The notes beneath the pieces are model-generated. The model searched no databases. It was not told where the DNA came from and saw only the letters and a list, made by a program, of their open reading frames with translations. Positions 36,500 through 44,788 of a DNA stretch of 64,000 bases are shown here, piece after piece; the first letter of the stretch is position 1; the number at the start of each line of letters is the position of its first letter. A program made the position numbers and the translations under genes. The stretch is from a virus, in IMG/VR virus record IMGVR_UViG_3300031420_000498, one strand, 5' to 3'.

Positions 36500-36994
36500 T
36501 CATCGCCATCTCTTGTCGCGCTCTTCCATCTCGAGCTCAGTGCGGTAGAGGTTGGCTATCAGCTTCATGCCATCAAGGCTACCTGAGTTCGTGGTTCTGA
36601 CAACTTCGGGGAATACTCCCCTAAATGCGTTGGGTCGAAGCTCCATGAGATCTTCGAGTCCAGCGCGGGGCTCTCCCTCGGCGAGTTCCCGGGTTCGCTC
36701 CGAAAGAACAAACCGGACAGCCTCCCCGAGTACGGGGTCGCTAGTGTGAGGAGCCGTGAGCATTAGGGCGCGCTCAATGGTGTGCCCCATGCTGGAGAAA
36801 AGCGTGATGCGTTCGCAGAACACGATGAGCGCTCCATAGTCGGCAACGCCCTCCACAGCACTGGGAGGATACACTCGAACGGCCGACGGCTTTGGAGCCT
36901 CGCCGGCAAGGGCCCGGGCCGCGACGGAGTAGGGCTCACCGGTCTCTTCCATGCGGGCCCTGGTGGCGCTCTTGGAAAAGCTGTTCTTGGTCAT
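36500..36994 (-). CDS. N-terminal MTxN peptide + soluble GspF/PilC-like domain
   Basis: MTKNSFSKSATRARMEETGEPYSVAARAL; TLFSSMGHTIERAL...LRPNAFRGVFPEVVRTTNSGSL resembles the T2SSF repeat; no TM helices. Confidence 0.6.
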   Translation of the reverse strand: MTKNSFSKSATRARMEETGEPYSVAARALAGEAPKPSAVRVYPPSAVEGVADYGALIVFCERITLFSSMGHTIERALMLTAPHTSDPVLGEAVRFVLSERTRELAEGEPRAGLEDLMELRPNAFRGVFPEVVRTTNSGSLDGMKLIANLYRTELEMEERDKRWR

Positions 36995-37165
36995 GGTCTT
37001 CTGCTCTCTGGGTATCAGCCTACACCTGATCCCGGAACTCGAAGGAATGAACTACTGGGAACAGTCGGTCGACAGGATCCGCGGGACCTTGCTCTTCAGA
37101 TGAGCTCTGCCGTGTAGGAGCGCTGCTCTGAGACGGGCCACTGCCTGGCCCACAGCTCCATAGTA
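36995..37165 (-). promoter_or_regulatory. conserved structured 5' leader, copy A
   Basis: Minus strand: TACTAT -10, GGGCCA-GGCAG-TGGCCC hairpin, CGTCT, CTACACG, GAGCAAGGT, GGATCCT, CAGAGAGCAGA before ATG. Confidence 0.7.
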
Positions 37166-37240
37166 ACGAAGACCCCTTTGCCTTCATGGAGTTGAACTGA
37201 GCTATTGCACCGAGAGGCTTGACGGTGTACCGTTGGCCCC

Positions 37241-37528
37241 ATGGACACCACAACCGTAGAAACTGCACGCCGCAAGCTTCAGGCAGCCCAGGGAGAGCTT
37301 GATCGAGCCATCCTCGAGGAGCAGAAGCTTTCCACCTTCGAGCGCACGGGAACCACTCACCTTCTCATGGCGGTTCACATGACCTTCGGTCAGTTTGTCG
37401 ACTACAGCGAAGAGGGTGAAGCTGTCGCTGCCTTTTCGACTCGAGAAGAGGCAGAGCGCTACATGGAGACCTTCGATCACCCTTCGGGGCTTGCCTTCGT
37501 TGTCCGAGAAATCCCGCTCTACAGCTGA
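37241..37528 (+). CDS. hypothetical protein, leaderless
   Basis: TTGCAC -17 nt- TACCGT -7 nt- ATG. Confidence 0.65.
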   Translation: MDTTTVETARRKLQAAQGELDRAILEEQKLSTFERTGTTHLLMAVHMTFGQFVDYSEEGEAVAAFSTREEAERYMETFDHPSGLAFVVREIPLYS

Positions 37529-37689
37529 GAGCTCACCTTTGCCCTTCATGCTCACAGCCTAAGGTAGGCTCGAGGCTCCCCTAGATGGCTTCAGCCACGC
37601 AGGGGCTGTCGCCTAAGACACTTTCAGTGCACTTCCGCACAACCTCACCGATCGAGCCTACTGAGGGCTCAGAAGCCAGGAGAGTCATC

Positions 37690-38010
37690 ATGGCCAAGGA
37701 CTTCACAGTCGAAGGTCTCACGGAGCTTGCAGCCAAGCACCGGCAGCGCTCCCGCCACACGGCGCTGACGACAGCTGACCGCAAGGTCTACATCGACACG
37801 GCCAATGCCCTGGAGCAGGCGGTCGCTACCCTGAAGGCAATGGAGAAGGTTCTCACCGACCCCGAGCCGGATGGTATCCCCAGTGAGCCCCGAGCTCACT
37901 ACTATGACCACGGGCTCGAGTGTGACTCCATCGCCTGGGGCTACGACGGCATCGAAGGTGACAGTGGCATGCCCTGCGACTGCTGGATCAGCGTGCTCCA
38001 GGCCAAGTAG
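37690..38010 (+). CDS. hypothetical protein
   Basis: AGGAG SD; C-terminal H..C..CxC. Confidence 0.7.
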   Translation: MAKDFTVEGLTELAAKHRQRSRHTALTTADRKVYIDTANALEQAVATLKAMEKVLTDPEPDGIPSEPRAHYYDHGLECDSIAWGYDGIEGDSGMPCDCWISVLQAK

Positions 38011-38075
38011 ATCGTATTCACCGCGATAGGTTTCACCTAGAACTTCCCCGCCATCCACCGATTCGAGGAGTCCCC

Positions 38076-38210
38076 ATGAGCAAAACCCTGGGCAAGCATG
38101 CCTTCATCGAAACCAAGGGCTGGCGCCACCGGGCTAGCCTGAAGATCAAGCAGCGGCGCATCAACCGTCGCCGGGAGGATAAGAGCTGGAAGCAGGCCTC
38201 GGAGGGCTGA
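38076..38210 (+). CDS. small very basic protein (44 aa; not in ORF track)
   Basis: GAGGAG SD; MSKTLGKHAFIETKGWRHRASLKIKQRRINRRREDKSWKQASEG. Confidence 0.55.
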   Translation: MSKTLGKHAFIETKGWRHRASLKIKQRRINRRREDKSWKQASEG

Positions 38211-38298
38211 GCTCTCAGTTCCTTTGCACCATTGGCTTTGGCCGTCTCGATAGAATGATGTCGAGACGGCCAAAGACCTTTGAGATGGAGCAAGACAG

Positions 38299-38850
38299 AT
38301 GCGAGTAGCCACAGACGGATCCTGCCTAAAGAATCCGGGCGGTAAGACCGGCTGGGCCTGGGTGGCCGAGGATGGTCGCTGGCAGTCTGGCAGCCTCCCC
38401 GAGGGCTCCAACAACATCGGAGAGCTCATGGCTGCCATCGCAGCACTCCATGCCCACCGGAGTGTGGAAACGCTCCATCTGGAGATCGACTCTCAGTATG
38501 TGCTCAACATCGCTCAGAAGTGGGGCGTAGCCTGGCGGCGCAAGGGCTGGAAGAAGGCCAACGGTGAGCCCGTCGCAAACATCAAGCTCGTCTCCCGGCT
38601 CCTTGACCTCGTGGACCGTCCGGGGCTGACTATGCAATGGGTCAAAGGTCACAGTGGCCACTGGCTCAACGAGCTCACCGACGAGCGTGCAGGTTCAGCA
38701 GCTCGCCAACAGACTCCAACAACCAAGGGACGCTTCACTCCAGATGAGATCGCAGATGCGGTGCTCGCTGACGGTGATGCCAAGGCTGCAGCGGCCAAGA
38801 AGCGCGCAGCAAAGAAGGACGCAGCGAAGCCCAAGCCAAAGGACTCCTAG
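38299..38850 (+). CDS. rnhA: ribonuclease HI
   Basis: ATDGSC..NPG, SNNIGEL, IDSQYV, WVKGHSG..NE..D catalytic D-E-D-D set. Confidence 0.9.
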   Translation: MRVATDGSCLKNPGGKTGWAWVAEDGRWQSGSLPEGSNNIGELMAAIAALHAHRSVETLHLEIDSQYVLNIAQKWGVAWRRKGWKKANGEPVANIKLVSRLLDLVDRPGLTMQWVKGHSGHWLNELTDERAGSAARQQTPTTKGRFTPDEIADAVLADGDAKAAAAKKRAAKKDAAKPKPKDS

Positions 38851-38899
38851 GATCTTCGGCTCGTTAGATAGCTCTCCGTAGCCAATCGAGGGAGCAGCC

Positions 38900-40354
38900 A
38901 TGGCCAAGGGACAAATCCATCTCACACCCGATGGACCAGCTCCCTGCTCTGCCGACCCCGCAAAGCCCGGAGCTCGCGGTTGCCCCTACGGAGCCGGAGG
39001 TCACTTTGCCACTGAGTCTGAGGCAGAACAGGCCTACCAGAAACTCATGGAAGCACAAGGGCTCGATTCGCTGGGTTCTAGCTCATCGTCCCTGAGTGAT
39101 CTACGCCGAAAGCTTCAGGCGCTGAACGGAGCTGGATCACCGAGGCTCGAAGAGCTTCAGGATCTCGGCAGTCGCATCGAACATGAGATCCTAGCCCGGG
39201 CGGGCATCGAGGTGGATCGGGACGACTTGAGCCCGGAGGAGCTAGCCGTGCTAGCCAAGAGTGCCTCGAGCGTGCTCCGAGAAATCCAGGGTGAGCCCGT
39301 GGTCCTCCGCAGCAAGTTCCACGGCCCCTTCGCCAAGCAGCTCAAGGAGGCTCTAGCTCCCGTGCCCAGTGGAGCCGCTTACCTGGTCTACGGGGATGTC
39401 CACACGGAGACGGTGAACGCTCGCAACGGATCCAGAGATGGGTTCCACATCCAGCAGGCTGCTATCATGGCTCCCGCATCGGTCGAATCCAAGAGCCCCC
39501 TGAAGGTCAGCGCACTGGCAGTCCGTGGGGACTTTGTGGTGGACTCCTCCATCGCTGTACGCCATGAGATCGAGAGCGGAGGGCTCCAGGGCTTCGCCGT
39601 GGATCGCATCGAACGAGGTGTGGGAGAGCGACTCCAGGAAGGCGACAGCGTGCTCCACGCTATCCGCCAGAACCGGGCAGATGATCGCTTCATCGAGCTT
39701 CTCCAGGAGAAGGTTCTTGACTCGGATGGAGTGATCCTCCCCGGTCAGACCGAGCGTTTCCGGGAGCTCGCTCCGGAGCTCCTGGAGTCGGCAGAGGGTT
39801 CAGCAGTTGTCTCCAGCTTCTATGCTGGTAGAAAGCCCACGGGTGCCATCGCTCGAGGAAAGCGCTACCGGAAGGTGGCCAAGGACTTCGAGCTCAAGGA
39901 CGACCGGGGTGAGAGCTACGGTGTCGGGCTCGATCTCTATGAGGTCCAGGAGAAGCGGCTGAGCTTCCGGGACCACACCATCGGCACTAAGCGCTACGGC
40001 GGCGACAACAACGCCCAGAACTCAGTGCTCCTCCATGAGTTCGGCCACGCCATCCAGTCAGCCCGATCCGGTGGCATTCCCGGTGAGAGGGAGCTCTTCC
40101 AGAAGATCTATCCCCAGGGTGAGCGCATCAAGGATGATGGCTACGAGCGCTTCAGTGGCTTCCCCGACGACTACATGGGAGATGTGGGCGGCCGGGAGGT
40201 CTTCACCCGGGCCACCGAGGGTCTCTTCTATCCGCAGTACTCGGGCAATGAGTACCTCTACGACGGCTCCGAACGCAGCCAGGAGGTTCGTCGCTGGGCT
40301 CTAGGGACCTGGGCATTCCTCAGCGCAGAGGGGCTCAAGACGAGCAAGGGCTAA
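38900..40354 (+). CDS. N-terminal HCCH module + C-terminal zincin-like metallopeptidase
   Basis: QIHLTPDGPAPCSADPAKPGARGCPYGAGGHFATESEA; LLHEFGHAIQ ... YMG..GREVF. Confidence 0.75.
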   Translation: MAKGQIHLTPDGPAPCSADPAKPGARGCPYGAGGHFATESEAEQAYQKLMEAQGLDSLGSSSSSLSDLRRKLQALNGAGSPRLEELQDLGSRIEHEILARAGIEVDRDDLSPEELAVLAKSASSVLREIQGEPVVLRSKFHGPFAKQLKEALAPVPSGAAYLVYGDVHTETVNARNGSRDGFHIQQAAIMAPASVESKSPLKVSALAVRGDFVVDSSIAVRHEIESGGLQGFAVDRIERGVGERLQEGDSVLHAIRQNRADDRFIELLQEKVLDSDGVILPGQTERFRELAPELLESAEGSAVVSSFYAGRKPTGAIARGKRYRKVAKDFELKDDRGESYGVGLDLYEVQEKRLSFRDHTIGTKRYGGDNNAQNSVLLHEFGHAIQSARSGGIPGERELFQKIYPQGERIKDDGYERFSGFPDDYMGDVGGREVFTRATEGLFYPQYSGNEYLYDGSERSQEVRRWALGTWAFLSAEGLKTSKG

Positions 40355-40485
40355 GGCTAAGCCCCAGATGCCCGAGATGAGCCCCTAGATTCTCCTTCTC
40401 GAAATCTGTGGTTGCTAGAGCATGGAGCTCATGATAGGGTCGGGCTGAAGCCACTGCACAGATAAATCTGAAACGAGACACCTCT

Positions 40486-40824
40486 ATGGTTGACATCGCA
40501 CCTGAAGATCACCACGCCTCCAACTGGAAGAGCTGGCTCGAGGACAAGGATGGAAACTTCGATGAGGAGGAGCTCCCCTGGTACGGCCACGGGGAGGATA
40601 GCCCGCAATACGGACCCGGTGTCCCTCCGGCTGCACAGACAGAGGCAGCCCGGCGCTTCGTGAGTAGCTGGCTCAACGAAGATGGTCACGGCTTTGTCAT
40701 CCCCGGGAGCGAGTGGGGCCTTTCGCTGAAGCACTGGCTCCACATCCTCGTAGCCCGGCCCGCAGAGGATGGCCGAGCACCAGATCCTACGACAGCACCC
40801 GTCTCCCAGGAAGAGGGCAGCTGA
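40486..40824 (+). CDS. hypothetical protein
   Basis: ORF track; TGATG coupling to next gene. Confidence 0.6.
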   Translation: MVDIAPEDHHASNWKSWLEDKDGNFDEEELPWYGHGEDSPQYGPGVPPAAQTEAARRFVSSWLNEDGHGFVIPGSEWGLSLKHWLHILVARPAEDGRAPDPTTAPVSQEEGS

Positions 40825-41192
40825 TGGAGAGCGGTCACCAGTTCAGCCCAGAGTCCAGGGAGCGCTTCGAGGCGGTCAAGCCCGAGAACTACAAGCGAGA
40901 GCTCCGCCGGCTCGGGAGGAAGACCTTCGAGGCTCAGTTCCTCTTCGGGTTCGTGCTCTTCCTCGGCGCCATCAGTCCGCTCTTCGCGCTGGCCATCGCT
41001 TCGATGAGCGGAGGCTTCGCCCTCTTCTGGGTGATCCTCATGGGAGTCTGCCTGGTGAAGGCATTCCGAAGGATCGAGAACCCTATAGTGCTCATGGAGG
41101 TTCGCCAGCTCATCCTTGAGGCCAAGTACAAGGCAGAGGTCGCTGACCCCATCGCAGATGCTCTGAGGGAGACCCGGGAAGAGAACAAGTGA
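40824..41192 (+). CDS. membrane protein (2 TM)
   Basis: Two hydrophobic helices. Confidence 0.65.
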   Translation: MESGHQFSPESRERFEAVKPENYKRELRRLGRKTFEAQFLFGFVLFLGAISPLFALAIASMSGGFALFWVILMGVCLVKAFRRIENPIVLMEVRQLILEAKYKAEVADPIADALRETREENK

Positions 41193-41434
41193 TCGAGCAG
41201 CAGGCTCCACAGAGAGCCGACCACAGTCTCCTCAAGGGCGGTGCGATCACCCTCCTGCTAGGGTTCTTCGCCACAGCAGGAGGCTCCATCTGGACCATTC
41301 TCAGCCCCGTCGGCGGAGGCGTAAACTTCGGAGCAGGTTTACTCTACGAGGGCGGCATGCTTGCAGGTCTCGTAGGCGCAGTGCTCACGATTGCGGGACT
41401 CAGTGAGCTCCACAGGGCTGATCGGAAGGGCTAG
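41189..41434 (+). CDS. small membrane protein (2 TM)
   Basis: GTGA overlap; two hydrophobic helices. Confidence 0.6.
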   Translation: MIEQQAPQRADHSLLKGGAITLLLGFFATAGGSIWTILSPVGGGVNFGAGLLYEGGMLAGLVGAVLTIAGLSELHRADRKG

Positions 41435-41483
41435 ATCATCCGTTGATCTTGGTACTCTAGCCCCGAAAGAAGGAGAACACCCC

Positions 41484-41777
41484 GTGGACGCATCGAAGCC
41501 CCTCGAGGACAGCCGACCACTCATCGAACAGGTCCGTGCTCGCACCGCAACGCCCTACCGCTGGATGGACATCCTCGTCTGGGAACAGAACTGGCTCAAG
41601 CTCAAGGGCCACAGCCAGGAAGAGATCGACGAGGCGCTCGAGAAAGCTCGCGAGCTCAACCGGGAAGACATGCGCGCAGACGCGGAGGCCTACAGTAGGC
41701 GGCAGGAGCGCATCCGATCGATTCAGACAGCCGAGAGAATCGCCCTGGAAGTTGACCGGAGCGCCCTGAGGGCGTAG
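41484..41777 (+). CDS. hypothetical protein (GTG start)
   Basis: AAGGAG SD. Confidence 0.6.
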   Translation: MDASKPLEDSRPLIEQVRARTATPYRWMDILVWEQNWLKLKGHSQEEIDEALEKARELNREDMRADAEAYSRRQERIRSIQTAERIALEVDRSALRA

Positions 41778-41844
41778 GATGATTCCATAGGCAGGTTGCT
41801 TTCAGCCGGCCTTCAGACCTTCCCCTCCCTGATAGGAGCAAACC

Positions 41845-42210
41845 ATGGCCGAGAGCACCGCACCCCAGGGTCTCGTGATCCTCTTCGATGATGAGCGTGA
41901 GTTCGTTCCTGGTTTCCGGGATGATGCGGTGATCGTCCGCTCAGTGGACGAGGCCAAGGAGCTCTTCGATGAGCTCAAGATCAATCCTCAGCCGGTTGCC
42001 GAACTCTGGCTCGACTATGTGCTCAAGGGCTGGGAGTCGACCGACCAGGCCCTGAGCGATCTCCCCGGCGGCCTCGTGGAGCGTGTGATCTACTGCTCCA
42101 GCTCCAGCTCCGCCTTCGGGCTCCTCGAGACCATCCTCAAGGAGGACACCGGCTTCTCGGGCGAGCTCGAACACGGCTGGATGGTCTTCCCGAAGGCCTT
42201 CAAGAAGTAA
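41845..42210 (+). CDS. cyclic-phosphate-processing receiver-like domain protein
   Basis: ILFDDERE .. VRSVDEA .. ELWLDY.L pattern. Confidence 0.65.
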   Translation: MAESTAPQGLVILFDDEREFVPGFRDDAVIVRSVDEAKELFDELKINPQPVAELWLDYVLKGWESTDQALSDLPGGLVERVIYCSSSSSAFGLLETILKEDTGFSGELEHGWMVFPKAFKK

Positions 42211-42284
42211 TCAGCAGGACCTGTCGACGGTTCGCAGCTGAACCTCGGCCCACTACACAACAGCACAGAAGGAAAGAGTAGCTC

Positions 42285-42620
42285 ATGGCCACAGTCAAGG
42301 TAGAGATCTACGGAGCAAGCGACGATCTCGTCGAAGTCGAGGGAAAGATCAAGGGAGCCGACGAGTACTCCTATGCCGATGGCACCTGGAAGGGAGTCCT
42401 CGAGGCTCCCAACGGCGAGAGCGCCCTGGTCTTCGTGGACTACAGGGACAACGGCTTCTGGACAGTGAGCGTCACTCCCTACGAGGAGGGCTACAAGGTC
42501 TGGCCGGTGGAGTACGCCGTCATCGACGCCAACTGCCGCTACTCGCTCACCGCCACAGTCGAGGTCCCCGAGGGTACTGTCTTCAAGTCCCTCTCCAACG
42601 AGGATGAGGACGAGGACTGA
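42285..42620 (+). CDS. phage-type hypothetical protein
   Basis: VEIYGASDDLVEVEG. Confidence 0.7.
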   Translation: MATVKVEIYGASDDLVEVEGKIKGADEYSYADGTWKGVLEAPNGESALVFVDYRDNGFWTVSVTPYEEGYKVWPVEYAVIDANCRYSLTATVEVPEGTVFKSLSNEDEDED

Positions 42621-42623
42621 TCC

Positions 42624-42806
42624 GTGCTAGCTCGAGATCGCAACTATCCGGGCAAGGAGGATGGGCTCGAGCCTCCGAAGCTCGCCGTGATCTACTACAA
42701 CGGCGTTCGGAAGACCTTCTGGTACCGCGACAGAGAGGAAGTCTTCATGCCACCCGAGGACGAAGATCTCAACCTTGACGATGATGGGGATGATCTCGAG
42801 AATTGA
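42624..42806 (+). CDS. small hypothetical protein
   Basis: ORF track, adjacent to upstream stop. Confidence 0.45.
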   Translation: MLARDRNYPGKEDGLEPPKLAVIYYNGVRKTFWYRDREEVFMPPEDEDLNLDDDGDDLEN

Positions 42807-42854
42807 CCGTGGAGGTAGTTGCAGATCGGAGATCGATAATGTACAGTGGCACCC

Positions 42855-43133
42855 ATGACCACCGCAACCGACTCCATCCAGGACTCCGTCAACCACATGC
42901 GCGATGTGGCAGCCAATGACCTCGTCTTCGCTGCCAACCGCGTCGAGATGAAGCGGACCATCGACGGGCTCAAGGACGCCGAGCTCGGTTCTCAGTTCAT
43001 CCCCGGTTCCTTCGAGATGGCTCACGACGGCCTGAGCTTCACTGCCCAGGTCGCTGAGGGATTCGGCTACCGCTACCGGAGCTTCCGCCGGGGCGACTTC
43101 GTCACCTTCAACCAGCAGGGTGAGATCATCTGA
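42855..43133 (+). CDS. hypothetical protein, leaderless
   Basis: GTTGCA..TG-TACAGT -7 nt- ATG. Confidence 0.7.
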   Translation: MTTATDSIQDSVNHMRDVAANDLVFAANRVEMKRTIDGLKDAELGSQFIPGSFEMAHDGLSFTAQVAEGFGYRYRSFRRGDFVTFNQQGEII

Positions 43134-43147
43134 GCTCAGCTCCAGCT

Positions 43148-43190
43148 GAACCGCCCACTACCCTTCGAGGTGGTGGGCGGTTCTGCTTTT
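43148..43190 (+). terminator. intrinsic terminator
   Basis: GAACCGCCCAC / GTGGGCGGTTC followed by TGCTTTTT. Confidence 0.75.
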
Positions 43191-43283
43191 TATGTGCAAA
43201 AACAACATTCCGTATGGAGTATTAGAGAACAAAGTTGCTGGATCTAAGGAATCCAAGTACTTCGATTTGGGTGGAGACTTTCA

Positions 43284-43898
43284 ATGAGAAAGATTAGGCT
43301 AAAGCTAGGTGATGTGTTTCTCGCACCCTTTGATTACCTTGAAGATGACTACAAGAAAAAACGCCCGCTTGGAATAGGCGAGAGAGTCTTCGCCATGCAG
43401 ATTGTGGGAATGAGTCATCATGGTATGCCCACAGTAGCACTCTTTGACGGCGTGTACTCCTATAGCGAAGATCTAGATCCTTCTCAGATCGTACAATCAC
43501 CAGTTCTCGCAATCATTGAGCTCGTTCCGCTCTCCTTGAGTAGGGGAGAGTTCAAGCGTATCTCAAACCAGCCGATCGATCCCACAATGCCATATATGGC
43601 CTACGAAGTCTACTCTCTGGGAAAGCGATACATCTCTCCCGCGAGCAACGGTAATCTGATGGTTCCTTCAGAAGAGGTAAATGTTAACCTTCCACGAGTC
43701 GGATTTTCAGCTACTGGCGGAATCATGTATGAACTAGCTCATGTGTTCATCTTGGATGAGGTAAAGGATGAATGGAAAGATGATCTTGAACGACATGCCA
43801 ACTATGTGAGAGTGAGAGCTGAAGCGCTCGCTCGCAACTTCTTCAATGATGCAAAGGATCCTGAATGGGTGCGTGCTCAGATCGCAAGTACTAGATGA
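43284..43898 (+). CDS. Imm26-like immunity protein, low GC
   Basis: MRKIRLKLGDVFLAP..AMQIVG..VALFDG start pattern; A/T-ending codons unlike neighbours. Confidence 0.5.
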   Translation: MRKIRLKLGDVFLAPFDYLEDDYKKKRPLGIGERVFAMQIVGMSHHGMPTVALFDGVYSYSEDLDPSQIVQSPVLAIIELVPLSLSRGEFKRISNQPIDPTMPYMAYEVYSLGKRYISPASNGNLMVPSEEVNVNLPRVGFSATGGIMYELAHVFILDEVKDEWKDDLERHANYVRVRAEALARNFFNDAKDPEWVRAQIASTR

Positions 43899-43946
43899 GT
43901 TCACTATCTGTTGCGGAAGGTGACAGATCCGTGTAGGATGGCGTCC

Positions 43947-44747
43947 ATGAATGGACATGAGAACATCATCACTGAGGTTTCACACGGCGTCGAGGTCATC
44001 TCCGGCGATGTTGCTGTAAGCGACTTCCTCAAGGAGGCCGTGGCCAAGACCGGCGGTAACCGGAAGTACTCCGGGAGCTTCGAGGACCTCGAGGACCTCA
44101 CCATGGCCCACATGGAGAATTGGAAGCCCGGCACCGGCTCCGTGGACGGGGATGTCCGCATCGTCACCGTGCCCACCGAGGGCTTCTTCACTGAGGTCGT
44201 CCGGATCACCGAGGAGAACCAGCGCTCCCTGGAGGTCGTCTACAACGCCCGTCGTGCCGGCGAGGAGGCAGTGCCCACGCTCATCTTGCGAGGCATCGAC
44301 CCCTCTCCCGCAGCATCTGTGGGCATCGTGATCTACCGGGCCGATGTGCTCCAGAAGGACAACGACCGCTCCTCCCTGGCCGAGTGGGAAATCGTGGCCA
44401 TCCTCACGGACCCCGAGCTTCCGAACGGTGACACCGTTCCCATGAACCCGGCCACCATGGCCCGCAACGCAGCTGACCTCAAGGGTGGTACCCACCGGGA
44501 GTACAGTGCTGAGCAGTGGCTGGAGGCTACTCTCTTCTGGCAGCGCCACGCTCGAGTCGCTCCGGCTCTTCAGGTCGCCGAGCCCACCACGGAGGCCATC
44601 GAGGCACTGGCGAACGAGCTCCCCCTGGGCTACACGGCCAGGGATCAGGACTCCAACACCTTTGAGGCCGCCGAGCGCATCATCCGGGCCGGCTGGGAGC
44701 ACCCCGACTTCCCGCTTCCCCGCAAGTCCTCGGTGGAGATGCTCTAG
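43947..44747 (+). CDS. phage-type hypothetical protein, leaderless
   Basis: GTTGCG..GTG-TAGGAT promoter; strong codon bias. Confidence 0.75.
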   Translation: MNGHENIITEVSHGVEVISGDVAVSDFLKEAVAKTGGNRKYSGSFEDLEDLTMAHMENWKPGTGSVDGDVRIVTVPTEGFFTEVVRITEENQRSLEVVYNARRAGEEAVPTLILRGIDPSPAASVGIVIYRADVLQKDNDRSSLAEWEIVAILTDPELPNGDTVPMNPATMARNAADLKGGTHREYSAEQWLEATLFWQRHARVAPALQVAEPTTEAIEALANELPLGYTARDQDSNTFEAAERIIRAGWEHPDFPLPRKSSVEML

Positions 44748-44788
44748 CAGCCTGCAGTCAGCTATCTCTTCAAGGAAAGAGAGAAACC

